In this document: one piece after another, positions 1-11,929 of the stretch
How the letters are laid out: each line of letters begins with the position of its first letter
How positions within the stretch are numbered: the stretch's first letter is position 1
Source: Hemiscyllium ocellatum
Taxonomy: Eukaryota
Direction: 5' to 3'
DNA: 64,000 nucleotides
NCBI RefSeq assembly: GCF_020745735.1
Contig: NC_083434.1
Span: forward strand, 35,399,966 to 35,463,965
Position numbers and translations under genes: made by a program
The notes under the pieces: model-generated
Databases searched by the model: none
What the model was told of the DNA's origin: nothing
The model's input: only the letters and a program-made list of their open reading frames with translations

Positions 1-1243
1 TATCAACCTTCATTAGAACTGAATGACCGTTTAACCAGATGTTTATTTTGCTTGGTTCTGATTTGAATGCTGTGAAGAAATGTAACTGTTCCAAACCAGA
101 TGTAGATAGACTTTCCAGGGAGTGTATTGTTCTGGATACCGACTTATGAGTTTTCTTACTTAATTTTGTCTAGTAGGACTGCTTTGCTGTCTCATATCTG
201 CATACCAACAGCAACTATAATGGCTGGCCAGCCTGGATCCTGAAGAGAATTTTGACCATTTGGCAGAATTTTGGCTTTGTTTTGGAGTTTTGCTGTGGGC
301 TGAGCTAGGATCCCTCTGTTCATGATATGTCTTGAGTGACACTGTGCAATTGCCTACACTCAAGTGGTGATCCCCATGTTCAGTCTATCTGGTGAGGGTG
401 TCCACTTCTATCGGAATACCCTGCAACTCAAAGCTCCACTTGCAGTATTTTCTAATTATAAAGCCAGTTGTAGTGTCTAGATTTGAGGTCCTGTTGGGCT
501 TCAGCTAATAGGCAGCAAGTGCCTATTTACGTCACTTTTACATCATTAACTCCAGATACCAAACAGTCTGTCATCATCTCATTAAGGATTAAGCTAAAGT
601 GACATGCCCCTGCCAATCTCCTTAACCTAACCAAAAAATCCCGAGACAAATTTGCCTGGTTCTCAAATTGTCGAGTAGAACTGATAGCATCTCAGATTAA
701 AGGATGCTAGTGGTCGTAATATTCGTTTACTAAATCTGTCAACTCTTGAAATGTTTTAATATCTGGTGCCGCAAGGAAAGTTAGGCTCCAGTAACTGAAA
801 ACATTGCAGGTGCATAGGCTGTCAGGAGAATTCCTCATTACTTTTCATCTGGCGCAATGTCGTTTGCCCAGGAAAAAAAAACATTCTTTCCACATACTGG
901 GCCCAGTCTTCAACAGCAGGGTCAAACAAGTCAACACTTTCCAAAAACAGCATAATGCAAACAATTGCGAGCGAGTTCTTCAGGACATGCTTTATTCTCA
1001 TTGGCACTGAAATAACTCCATAGAGGTTGGTATCCCATCACCATTTCACCTTTTGATTTATATGTGGAAAGTCCTTTACATTGATTCAGGTCCCTCAGAG
1101 CCACCTGCCTCAGAATATCGGGATGTCTGATATTCCTCTTAATCTGTCTGCAAGGGCTCCCTGATTCAACCAGATTAACAGCCCCATTCAGGGAACTCAT
1201 ATTTTATAAAGTACATCTTGCTGACCTCATGACAACCACTGCA
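1..1243 (-). mobile_element. Gypsy-type LTR retrotransposon 5' end (5' LTR, PBS-like site, decayed gag, start of protease), running off the left edge
   Basis: Minus-strand translation from ATG at 953 gives MLFLESVDLFDPAVEDWAQYVERM..WANDIAPDEK..ILLTA..SLTFLAAPDIKTFQELTDLV..RLRRLAGAC.F..LNEMMTDCLVSGVND, a gag N-terminus with stops and frameshifts. At 1-40 it reads ..IWLNGHSVLMKVD, the lead-in to an aspartic protease D(T)G motif. A TG..CA-bounded segment at 1008-1243 lies directly upstream, with a degenerate PBS-like sequence at ~992-1007. Confidence 0.8.
1008..1243 (-). repeat. putative 5' LTR of the Gypsy element
   Basis: Minus strand begins TGCAGTGGT (1243) and ends ..TTTCA (1008), immediately 5' of the PBS-like site and gag. 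Confidence 0.6.
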
Positions 1244-2089
1244 ACTGGAATAAAGGATTGCCTATGATCTTTTTATATGACTTAAAAAGTACAGATTTTT
1301 TTTGTTCTTCGCTATACTTGGCCTATGCAGGAGATGCTGCCACAATGCTTCCTAGATTGTTGCCCACAGTTTAGTTTCATGGGAAACGTAACTGTGATCA
1401 AACTGTGGGAAATTGAACAAGTTAATAGTATGTTTTACAATTAAAGTTTGAGTAATCTAACCAAGATTGGTTGCCTTGTCCTGAGCATTTATGATTAGAG
1501 CAACAAAGTGCCTTTAGCTAGAGAATGATAAGCAGGTGCAGTAGTATGCTGTTTCAACCAGATGGATTTTAATGACAATCTTGTAGTTTTATTGATACTG
1601 ACTTTTATTTCAAGATTGCATTCACTGGATTTAAGTTGTCCAATGTCCAACTTGAGATTTGAAATCATTGATCAGAAACTTAACTGGATCAGCATAGCAC
1701 TGATGATAGAAGGTTACTTCTTTTGGCAAAAATACAATGAGAAAGATTACTCCCCAAATTGTGTTTTCTTCAAGTGGCATATGTTGACTTCTATTTTCAG
1801 GATCAAAAACTATTGGATAAGTAAAATAGTGCAGATGGCAGAAATCTGAAAAAAGAAGCTCAAGGTAGCTTTTCCAAACCAAGTAAGATTTAAAGTTGCC
1901 TATCAATATTTGGAGAAAATTTTTAGATGAACATCCAGGCCAGGAATCTTCAGCCAAAGTAGTTTTTTTTTTCTTCCCCTAGTAAACAATCTACAAAGGG
2001 AGAAGGGGAGAAGTTTAATACTGTATTCCATCTTTAAAGGTCCCAAATCTAGTTTTAACAGCTACTGCAAGAAGCTAAGTGTGCGAGCT

Positions 2090-2630
2090 ATTTTTTCCTT
2101 CATTCAAAGAATGGGAGTGTTGTTGGCTCGGCCAGCATTTATTGCCCATTTCCAATTGCTCTTGGGAAGGTGTTGGTGAACTGTTTTCTTAAACTGCTGC
2201 AGTTCATTTGCTGTAGTAGTTGACAGAGTCAGGTTTCTTGATTGAGTGCAGCTCCAGCAACATCGAGACAAGTGGGAACTAATTTATCACACTCCTCACT
2301 TGTGCTTGTAGATGATGGACAGGCTTTGGGGAGTCTGGAGGTGACTCAGGAGATACTTGCTGCAAGATTCCTAATCTCTGAGCTCTTCTTGTAGCCAAGA
2401 TATTTCTGTTTATTCTGGTTCAATTTCTGGTCAATGTTAACCCTGCGGACAGTGGGAATGGTGGATTTAATGTCCATATTGTCTCTTCTTGGCGATGGTC
2501 ATTACCTGGCATTTGTGTAGGTAACATAGTGGAGACAGACTGATTGTTGGTCCTAGGATACTAACCTGAGGAACACCTGGAGCTGAGAAGACTGACCTCC
2601 AACAACCATAACCATCTTCCCATATACAAC
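2090..2630 (-). mobile_element. decayed LINE 3' fragment (same family as 7175-8600)
   Basis: GGCCAGCATTTATTGCCCAT..AATTGC..GAAGGTG..GGTGA is the reverse complement of the 3' tail at 8190-8245. Confidence 0.65.
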
Positions 2631-5600
2631 TAGCAGACAGTAAGGTGAGTGAGGGGATATGGTAACATGTGGATGGGAAGGTAGAATAGCAGATGGGTAG
2701 GGGTGCATTTCATAGGGTGAGGAATTAGGGTGCCAGGTGAGTAAGTGGTATGGTGACCATTGGGTGAAGGTATGTGCTGCCAGTTGTTGAGAGATTGGGT
2801 GCTAGATGGATGAGGAGATAGGTACAAAGTGGTGGGATGCACAGCCGTGGCGGTAGATTAGCAGTTAAGTGTGTGAGAGCTTAAGGTAGGTTGGGGAGTT
2901 TAGTCAGAGGATAGATGTTGAGCTGTATCCAATCAGAGGCAGAGATGGTAAAATGATGATTAGATAGAGTCCATGCTTATGCTTTTCTGATGAGAGTTTT
3001 ATTCCAACTGTCGCACCATCGACTAATCACCACTAATTATATATTCCCTATAATATACACCCAATTAAGTTCTTACCACATTATCCTTAATTAATGTATA
3101 GCCATCATCTGTTTCCTAGTTCCATTTCTAGTTCCCTGCAAGACCCTGCTAGATAATAACAGATACTGTGTTCTTTATAAAAGTATATAATGATTATGAG
3201 AAATAAAACAAATAATTCAAATAGCAACTTATTGAGCAAAATAACAACAAAAGTTCTTTCTTTTTTTATTGTGTATATATATGTTCTTTTGTCCTCTGTT
3301 TTGTGTAGTTTCTTGAAACTTGCTTCTTTCTTTATAAAGTAATCTGATAACTGCTTCTATCCACCCACCTAAATTTGGTGAATTTTCTGTTCTCTGGCAT
3401 TAGTTTTAAAAATGGCAACGTCAGTGCTCAGTCTTTTTTATCATTCACATTCTATCGAATGTACACATTGCCTTAATGACCTATTTTTGGCATAGCATGC
3501 AAAATTAATATTGCTGCTGAATTCCTTTTTAGAATTTGCAATATTTTCATCAAGAAAAATGCCATGTCTGCTGCCTCAAAAAGAGTAAAATGTTCTGCTG
3601 TTAAGATGTTTTTACTATTTTTCTGATCTTTTCAGTTTCCCAACATTTATTTCTCTCTCCCAAAAGAAAAGTTGTAAATTGTTTTGTACTTGAGAGTTCA
3701 TCATAGAGATTTGCATAAGAATATCACTAAAAACAAGAAATGTAGTGTTCCTGGCATGCCCCCATGATGAATCAAAACACAACACTCCAATTTTATTTTT
3801 CTAATATTTTGTTTGTCCAAATAATATCCTCCACCTTGGGAGTTTTCATTGTTGTCCTCAACTCTGTGTGCTCAATATTGGCAACTGGCCTTGTTTGAGT
3901 ACTTAGCCAATTCAACAGCCCAATTAGAATTCACAGTTCCCCCATTTCAGTTTTTGAAGTCTCTGCAACTTTTCCTGAGGCCATGTTTTGACTAACTGCA
4001 ATGGAGCTAAAATGTTCCAAATAAGATTACTGATGATAAGCAACACTCAATCCATTTTTCCTGATTTCCAATTCAATACACTTAGAAGCCCCATAATCCT
4101 GATTTTCACTTTAGATTCTGCTTTAAGCAACAAAGCTCATATAACAATATTTTCATTTTCAATATTCCAATTCCATGAAAAATAAACTGTGCATCATAAA
4201 GGTGTTTGAAAACTGAAAACCAATAATACAGGTAAATAATGGCAGTGTCTGCTTTTAAGAGGAGACAGTCTAATTTAATAGAATTTAACGGATAGCAAAA
4301 TCTTGAAGCATGTCTTAGGCCATCTAAGCATTTATTTAATTTTCAGGATGTCTGCAGTACATTTGGTGCCTATTTAGAAGGTGAAGGATCACTTGTCTTT
4401 TTGAAGTGGTCTCCCTGCACAGCTTCAAGAACATTTGTTGCTACTAAAGCCAAAATAATCTTCAGAATTGCTTTTCCTGCCATAGATGACTTTACTCATG
4501 TCTTGGACACCAATTCTTCTTCAAAATCATGCCAACATTAGCTTTACAAACTTCATCAGGAAACAGCTTTTCTGTACATATCCACCTTATGTGAAGGAAC
4601 TGCTGTCCCTTATTTAGCACATCTATTAACACCCAAAATTCTGTTTAGCTTTGTAGTTGTCTGTTGGGCAGCTTTTATAAATTTACATTCAAATTTGTAG
4701 CCTTTAATCTGCCCAATCACATGGTCCTGGTGGCATTCCTGAAATATATCGTAATCATTGGTGCAGTGAAACCACGCTGTCTGTCACTTCCTGGGCTGCT
4801 ACTGTTTGAACTTCCCCTCTTGTTGATAAGATTGTCTTCAACAGTTTATGTCTCTCTCTGGGGATATGTTCACTCTCTAAAAGTCATTGTGTGAGTTTAC
4901 ACTGTGCTTTCTTGCTTTCCATTTTTATATGTTCTCAGTTTATGAGCCTAGCCTCTTGCTCTTTATCTTTTTCATTCAAACAGTTGTTAGATTTTTCACT
5001 AGCTTTCTCTGCTTTACATTTCTCCATAGACTGGTAAATATTTGACTTCAGTATCCACTGTTAGTAGTTGTCTTTTAGGACCGCTGGTCCCATTTTGATC
5101 ATCAGGACTGATTTGTCCATCATCAGATAAACTGCCAATTGTGACAGTCTAATCCTCATAATGTGCAATATTTCGATTTAGATTTCTTTAATATTGTCAC
5201 TTGTAGCTAATTACAGTGAAAAGTGTATAATGCCATCATGTTCTGGCATCATTTTGGAATACAGAATAAGTTACTCAGTAGATTGTATAAATGGCAACAT
5301 ACTGAATAAATTAATATATTGATATTAGTAAAATTGAAATAGCTTCAAAAGTTCAACATTCACACTCTTTGCTCCTCCAGTCACTGCCATTGTTAGCCAA
5401 TGGTTATGGGAAGTATCTGGTCATTGTTCTTTTCTATGAGTCCTTTGAATTTTGCAAATTTGTAACCCATTTCAAGTAATTTTGGTTCCATGCAATGCAG
5501 TTATTATTTTTCTGTAATATAATAATCTTCCCCAGGTCCCTATGCTCTTTAAGTCCATGTCTTTGATAATAAATCATGGCAGACTGATTGAAAGTACTTT

Positions 5601-5884
5601 CCAGTGTCCTTCCATTGTCTTAAGTCTCACCAAATTCTTTCTGAAACTATAACTTTATGACAACCTTTTACCCGATTGCATTCCATTCAAATACACTAAA
5701 AGGTAGAGCTAACTGTAGTTGCTTCTCAAGTTGGGCACTAGTCAAGTATTGCTAATGGAACTTTAGAATTTCTGCCAAAAAGTAACTGATCTGTACTTTG
5801 TCCTCCAGTCATCTGCAGCAAAATTTTAGCAATGTCTGCCCTTACAGACAATAATTTATGGTTTAGCTGATAATACCACAATTA

Positions 5885-6000
5885 GGGGAAAAGTAGGGTA
5901 ATAGGCTAGGGGAATGGGTCTGGATGGGCTACTGTTTGGAGGGTAGGAGTGGACATGTTGGACCAAATGGTGTTTCCACGCTGTAGGGATTCTATGATAT
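5885..6000 (+). mobile_element. HE1/V-SINE-type SINE, 3' fragment
   Basis: GGGTCTGG..GGAC.TGTTGG.CCAAATGG..TGTTTCCAC.CTGTAGGGATTCTATGAT tail, as in the full copies. Confidence 0.7.
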
Positions 6001-6290
6001 CTACTGCGCTTGTCGGTATTAGATGGTAGCATTCATGAGCCTGGAAGGTGCTCTGTAAGGAACCTTGGTGATCTTGTGCAAAGAGAGCATCTTGTAGGTG
6101 GTAGGCACTGCTGCTACTGAGCATCAGTTGTGGAAGTCTTTGGATGTAAACTGATTTAGTGTCTAAGGAGTCACAAATTGATTAAATATTGTGTACTCGT
6201 CAGTGAACATCCTGGTTCTGATCTTTTGATAGAGGGAATGTCATTGATGAAGTAGTTGAAGGTGGGTGGGCCTTAGACACCCCTTCAAAT
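6001..6290 (-). mobile_element. decayed LINE RT fragment
   Basis: Reverse complement resembles the RT and 3' region at 7450-8050 (..GPPTFNYFINDIPSIKRSEPGCS..). Confidence 0.55.
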
Positions 6291-7174
6291 TCATAGCCAC
6301 CTCGGTAAGGAATGATTTATGAAATGCTGTGATGTTGTGATGGTACTAGGTACGAGTGACAATATTAAATAAATCTGAATATTGCACAATAATGAGGGTT
6401 AGACTGTCACAATTAACAGTTTATCTGATGTTGAACAAATCAAATATTTACCAGTCCATGGAGAAATGTAGAGCAGAGAAAGCCATTGGAAAATCTAACA
6501 GTTGGTTGAATATGTTGATATTTTGTATACATCTCACATTTATCACATCTCCTTTACAATCACTGTATTCTTTGTCCTTTATTCTTGCATCCTTTACTAA
6601 GATCTTTAACCTTTGCTGTAGTTGTAACAAAATTAAACTTCTGTCATCTAAATTGGTGTTTCCTGATGTCAGTAACACTCCTGTACTTTCAGTCATGGCA
6701 TGGTTATACATTAAAGAAATACTACAGTGTCTCAATGGTGCAAGTTATAAATTCACAAGTTTTACAACAATAATAAATTTGACATTTTCCATATCAAGTT
6801 TCGTTCATAGTGAATAGATATCCATCACAGATGCTTGACTTACCAACATTTTCTGTTTTAACATCCATGAAGTTATGTGTCATTCAAGTCTTAATAAATG
6901 CACGATTATCACATAGGAATGTAATTTTATTTATTGTCTGGAAAAGTATCTGTGATTTAAACGAATTGTCTAAGCTTTTTTTTGCATTTAATAGGACAGT
7001 TCCAAAGAAATTGGGAAAACCAACATATATACTACATGACAGAACAATGCTGATTAGTTAGCAAATTCACCCAGATTAATGGAGACTTTTCCATGGTGTA
7101 GTGCTGATTGACAGTTAACTGCCAGGTTTTGATTAAATATTAAATCAGGCAATTTGCCTCTTATTAGTCAGGGA

Positions 7175-8600
7175 ATTACCCTGAGAAATTACAATCTTGG
7201 TTCAAACATGGGAAAAAGAGCTGAATTCCAGAGGTGAGGTGAGAGTGATAACACTTGACATCAAACCTTTTTGTATTTGATGCAAACTTGACTTGCATTT
7301 GATTGAGTCTAGCATGAAGGAACCAAAGCAAAAGTTGAATCAATGGGAATCCAGAAGAAAACTCTCTGCTGCTTGGAGTCATAGCTGGCACTTGGGAAGA
7401 TGGTTGTGGTTGTTAGAGGTCAATCATCTTAGTTCCAGGACATCTGTGCAGAAGTTTCTCAGTAAAGTGTCCTCGGCCCAACCATCTTCAGCTGCTTCAT
7501 AATTATCTTCCCTCCATCATAAATTCAGAAGTAGGGATGCTTGGTGATGATGATTGAACAATGGTGAGCACCATTTGTGACTCCTCAGCTACCGAAGCAA
7601 TCCATGTTCAAAAACAAGAAACAAAATCCATGCTTGGGCTGACAAGTGGCAAGCAACATTCACACCACACAAATGCCAGGCAATGACAATCTCCAAGAAG
7701 AGACAATTTAATAATCACCACTCTTTGACATTCAGTGGTATTACCAGAAACTCACTTGGATTCACCACATAAACACAGTGGTAGGTTTCTGTGTTGAATA
7801 ACTCACTTCCTGACTCTGCAAAGCCTGTCCACCTTCAACGTGACACCAGTCAAGAGTGTGATGGAATACTCCACACTTGCCTGAATGACTGCAGTTCTAA
7901 TAACACTCAAGTAGCTTGACACCATCTGGGACAAGACAGCCCCAACTTCATTGGCATTATATCCACAAACATCCACTCCCTCCACTACCATCCTTAGTTG
8001 TGTCTACAACATGCACAACAGAAATTTGCCAAGGATCCTTAGATAACCCCTTTAAACCCATGACCACTTCCATCTAGAAGAAGAGAAGCAGATACATTCC
8101 TCGCCAAGCCACTCACCATCCTGACTTGGAAATATATTGCCATTTCTTTACCGTTGCTAGGTTAAAATACTGGAACCATCCCAGTGGTTTAATAAGGCAG
8201 CTCATCACCACCTCTTCAAAGGCAATAAATGCTGGCCAACCAGTGACGTAGTACGGTGGTTAGCACTACTGCCTCACAGCACCAGGGACCCAGGTTCGAT
8301 TCCCGCTGTGGGCAATTGTCTGTATGGAGTTTGCACATTCTTCCCGTGTCTGTGTGGGTTTCCTGTGGGTGCTGCAATTTCCTCCCACAATCCAAAAGAT
8401 GTGCAGGTCAGCGAATTGGCCATGCTAAATTGCCCATAGTTTTAGGTGCATTAGTCCAGGGTAAATATAGGGTAGGGGAATGGGTTCGGGTGGGTTACTC
8501 TTCGGAGGGTCATTTGGACTTGTTGGGCCGAAGGGCCTATTTCCATATTGTAGGGAATCTAATCTAATCAAGTCCACATCCCATGAGTGAATAAAAAAAA
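7175..8600 (+). mobile_element. decayed CR1/L2-group LINE (RT and 3' tail), interrupted by a SINE at 8250-8569
   Basis: VLGPTIFSCFI..PSIINSEVGMLGDD at ~7460-7550. The 3' tail GGCAATAAATGCTGGCC..GTGACG|TCCACATCCCATGAGTGAATAAAAAAAA resumes after the SINE. Confidence 0.8.
8250..8569 (+). mobile_element. HE1/V-SINE-type tRNA-derived SINE
   Basis: tRNA-like head (TGGTTAGCACT..GGTTCGATTCC B box), V-domain-like TGGAGTTTGCACATTCT..GTGGGTTTCC, (AATCT)n tail. Confidence 0.9.
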
Positions 8601-9369
8601 TCAGATAATAGCTGTCATCTATTTTGTTGAGTGGAAACAGCTGCGGTGCATGTACATGTTCTTTCTGTGTACAAAGAACAGGCCCCGGTATGTTAATAAC
8701 TGTAAATTTTAGTACTCTCAAATGTACTGCGAGTCTGACTGATGATCCTAAATTGGTTGTCAGTGTAATTCTTCTCTCACTCAGCATTATTTAGCAAATG
8801 TTTTCCAATCATGTAATCACAACTAATGGTGGAACTGTTGTGAGTTTTAAACTCATGGATTGTTTGAGTGCAGTCATTATGTTGCGTTTTGCCTAATGCA
8901 ATATGAATACGTGACAGCACAGCATTGTGTGGCCTCAAGGCCAACCTAGACACGTAGGTCAGTGAACTCGACAAAGGGACGGACACCTACCCTGCTATAT
9001 CTTGCATTTTTCTGAAATGTAAGTAATAGTTTGCTTTATTTGAAACAATGTAAGAATTCCCTTGCATGTTTCAATTCACTTCTTCGTGCAGTTCAATTAA
9101 CGTTTGAAATGAAACAGTCATCTGAGCCCTGTTTTATTGATATCTGAATTAAGAAACCAGTAAGGGGGTTCACTTCTATATTCTGTCACAAATCTGCCTT
9201 TATTAGGTATATCCAGAAGACTGGTGGATAATATCTGAATAGTTGTTTGCATCAGACAAGGTACTGTCCTATTCTGCAATCTGCACTTGGAAAACTCCCA
9301 AAGCAGTTTCAAATTAGATGTCATTTCACAACTGGTAAAGAATTACGCTAATAATTAATTTTAAATCAG

Positions 9370-9475
9370 TTGGAAATAGTCATCTTAAACCCGAAATATT
9401 AATTCTGTTTCTTTATTTACAGATGTTGCTTGACCTGCTGAGTTTCTCCAACATTTTCGGTGTTTCTATCAATTT
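9370..9475 (+). mobile_element. Penelope-derived 3' terminus fragment (degenerate hammerhead-bearing family)
   Basis: ..CCCGAAATATTAATTCTG..CAGATGTTGCTTGACCTGCTGAGTTTCTCCAACATTT matches copies at 50053-50161 and 58455-58590. Confidence 0.6.
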
Positions 9476-9805
9476 TGGATTGTCCGGTTCATTTATGGTG
9501 CACTTATGTGTGCTGGAGTCTGCATCTACTAATATACAGAGCCTTGCTCTTTGCAGACAAAAAGAACATAATACGCACACTGACCATGTTTCAGCTCAGC
9601 AAAATAAGTGACAGCCATTCTCTGGTTTGTTGCTCAAGGCAGTGCCATGACCAATCAGAGTCAACTTGGCTGGTTTAAACTTTATGCAAAGCCTGGCAGG
9701 TAACTGTGAATCAGCATTAATGGGTGCTGTCTTCATGGCAATGCCTCTCCCAGTTCGAGAATACTTGCCAGCAGTGAGTACTGACCTCTTGTAGAACAGA
9801 AACGT

Positions 9806-10590
9806 TATGAGGTGCTGGTGTTGGACTGGGGTGAACAAGGTCGAAAGTCACAGAATGCCAGGTTATAGTCCAACAGGTTTATTTGAAATCACAAGCTTTC
9901 AAAACGCTGCCCTTTCATCAAGTGAAGTGAAGAGAGCACCCAGGCACAGATTTTATGATCAGACAGATCAAAATATCATACAAATGGTGTGAGTAGTTTG
10001 TCAACAGGCTGAATAGTAGGTCTCTGCAGATGATCAAGAGTGCCAGGTGGTATGAGTAAAGTGTCAACAGCTGAATAACAAATGAAAGCCTTCGAGATAT
10101 ACAACAATGCAGAATTGCCAAGCAAAAACTGATGGCCAAGTTCTGTACCTATGGAGGTGGCCTCAACTGTGATCTTGGGTTCATGTCACGTGACCTTCTG
10201 ATACTGTTCTGTAAAATCTTCCTTACTGTCCTGTTTTTTATCCATCACCTTGATAACTTAATATGATCATTCTACCTTAATTAGTTTGTACAGGTTTGGA
10301 TCACTTGTTACTTTGGTTAGACCATCGGCATGCGGCCTTAATACCTAGCATGTTATTCCAGTCATTTGGTTTGTCTGGACCAGTACCTTATTTTTAATGT
10401 TATGTAATTACCTTTCTGCCTCAATTAATCTGATTATAGATCATCCCTTCACTTGTTATTCAGTTGTTGACACTTTGCTCACACTGTCTGACACTTGATC
10501 ACCTGCATGGACTTATTATCCGACCTGTGGACACTTACACACCATTTGTATGACCTTTTGATCTCTTTGATTATAAAATCTGTGCCTGAG
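9806..10590. mobile_element. Neptune-like Penelope fragment with inverted 3' UTR arms
   Basis: ~9940-10085 is the reverse complement of ~10447-10590. The middle encodes the ORF end RDIQQCRIAKQKLMAKFCTYGGGLNCDLGFMS, homologous to 47750-47860. The left end matches the terminus of the 45723-48682 family, with a degenerate hammerhead on the minus strand at ~9893-9923. Confidence 0.8.
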
Positions 10591-11782
10591 TATAAATGTT
10601 GGATTTTGAGTGATTATTCTTGCGAACTGGCTTGATGAGCACCTGGTGAAAATCTTCAAAACTCTGTCTTTTTTCAGCAACACACAGGACTATTTAAAAA
10701 CTGCATATTACTTTCCAATAAATACCAATCTCCTTTATCGGTCATTGTAATCAATTTAATCATCTTCTATCATATGACCTGCATAGTGTGAACTTGAAAA
10801 TCCATGTTAACTATTCTTTAGTTGACTTGGTGTATTTCTCTCCAATAGTTTCACAGCATGGTGGACAGCTTGTATTGAGTATTATAGGACTTCCTTTATT
10901 AATAGAATGACTTTTTGAATATTTTTGGTTGTAGACTATTCAATGAGCAGTAGAAAGTAAAAGATTTGCCATTGTAATAACTTTAAGTAACTAAATAATT
11001 AAATTTAAAGAAGTCTGTCTGTTTCTCCCCCAACTTTGTTTCTGAACGATGCCTAACAACAGGAATATTTCTATTTTGTCCTCTCTACCCAAAAAGCTAG
11101 AAATTTTAATAATTATGTGTTTGTTCAATGCTGAAATCTTTCATATCTAACAATTTGTGGGCAACCATTATTTCAAACGTTAGTCTGGCTTCCTACCATA
11201 TAGATAGCAGCCTCCTTCTCAAGGAAATTAGGGATGGGCAATAATGTTGTCTTGACAGTGACACTCAGATCCCACAAAGGAATTAAAGATAATTAAACAT
11301 GTCTTTGGATGTGACCGTGAAACACTGATACTGGCTTTACTTTCTGGTTATTCACATATATGTTTATTCTGTACTTCAACTGTATTTGGTGTTATATTGT
11401 AATGTTAGAAACAACATAAATTAACCTGCAGCAGTGAAGCACTCTCCCCTGGGGGAACATTATTAGCTTAAATACCAGCCAGTTAAATTTTCCTACTGTT
11501 ACTGACAGGTGATTTAGGAGTTACATTTCCTGTGGTAAGAAGAACAGTAGGAATGATAAAGTTAGCAATGCAACTGTCTACTCATACCACATGTACATTC
11601 CCTGCTCAATAGAGCAGGATCTGTAGTACACAATATCTCTGAACAGATTTATGAGGGAAAATATCTCGATATTCGGTCAAAGTGATCAATTTATTTATAT
11701 CTGATGTTGTTACATGAGTAGACGATGTGCCCAATGTAGCTGAGGAGCTGATAGATGAGAACAAGTATCAGGCACCATTAGC

Positions 11783-11870
11783 AAAAGAAATTTCATTTAT
11801 ATAACCCTTTTGTGACTAGGGCATTTCAAAGTACCTTACAACTGACGGGATACTCTTTGGTAGAGAGCCC
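11783..11870 (-). mobile_element. DeuSINE/SacSINE1-like 3' tail fragment
   Basis: AAAGAAATTTCATTTATATAACCCTTT..CAAAGTACCTTACA resembles the reverse complement of the Deu-SINE 3' end. Confidence 0.45.
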
Positions 11871-11929
11871 TATCACTCATTCTAACAAGTGAGTTCTTAC
11901 CTTGGCTATTTCATATCTCTATCCAAATT

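Larger units (their letters stand above)
2957..7010 (-). mobile_element. highly decayed Ty1/copia LTR retrotransposon (INT-RT-RNase H), interrupted by SINE/LINE fragments at ~5180-5350 and ~5885-6505
   Basis: Minus-strand peptides, read across frameshifts: LQQRLKILVKDARIKDKEY (pre-integrase, ~6550-6630); QLLFGRN.KVP..TTVSSTF..SERI..GPGKII (integrase C-terminus, ~5500-5800); RWICTEK, FEEEL, MAGKAILKIILALVAT, KLNKCL.GL.HASR, LKADTAI, MMH.., LIGLLNWLSTQTRP (copia RT, ~3850-4650); EAADMAFFL..KRLSTDVA..KFRWVD (copia RNase H, ~3330-3620). A candidate short 3' LTR at 2957-3161 begins TGTTAT and has AATAAA at 2998-3003. Confidence 0.8.

Noticed and set aside
1-25. Minus-strand TTCTAATGAAGG resembling a hammerhead core
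   Set aside because: It reads in frame as ..VLMKVD of the Gypsy protease, and no stem II or GAAA is visible.
2630-2955. G/T-rich strand-biased tract (also ~38390-38650)
   Set aside because: Low-complexity sequence typical of decayed transposon interiors, with no regular period or clear G-quadruplex pattern.
6356-6817. 153-aa plus-strand ORF
   Set aside because: Antisense to the copia relic and overlapping the inverted duplication; no recognisable protein.
8250-8330. tRNA gene-like A and B boxes here and in other SINE heads
   Set aside because: No complete cloverleaf, and each runs into a V-domain and tail, so these are SINEs rather than tRNA genes.
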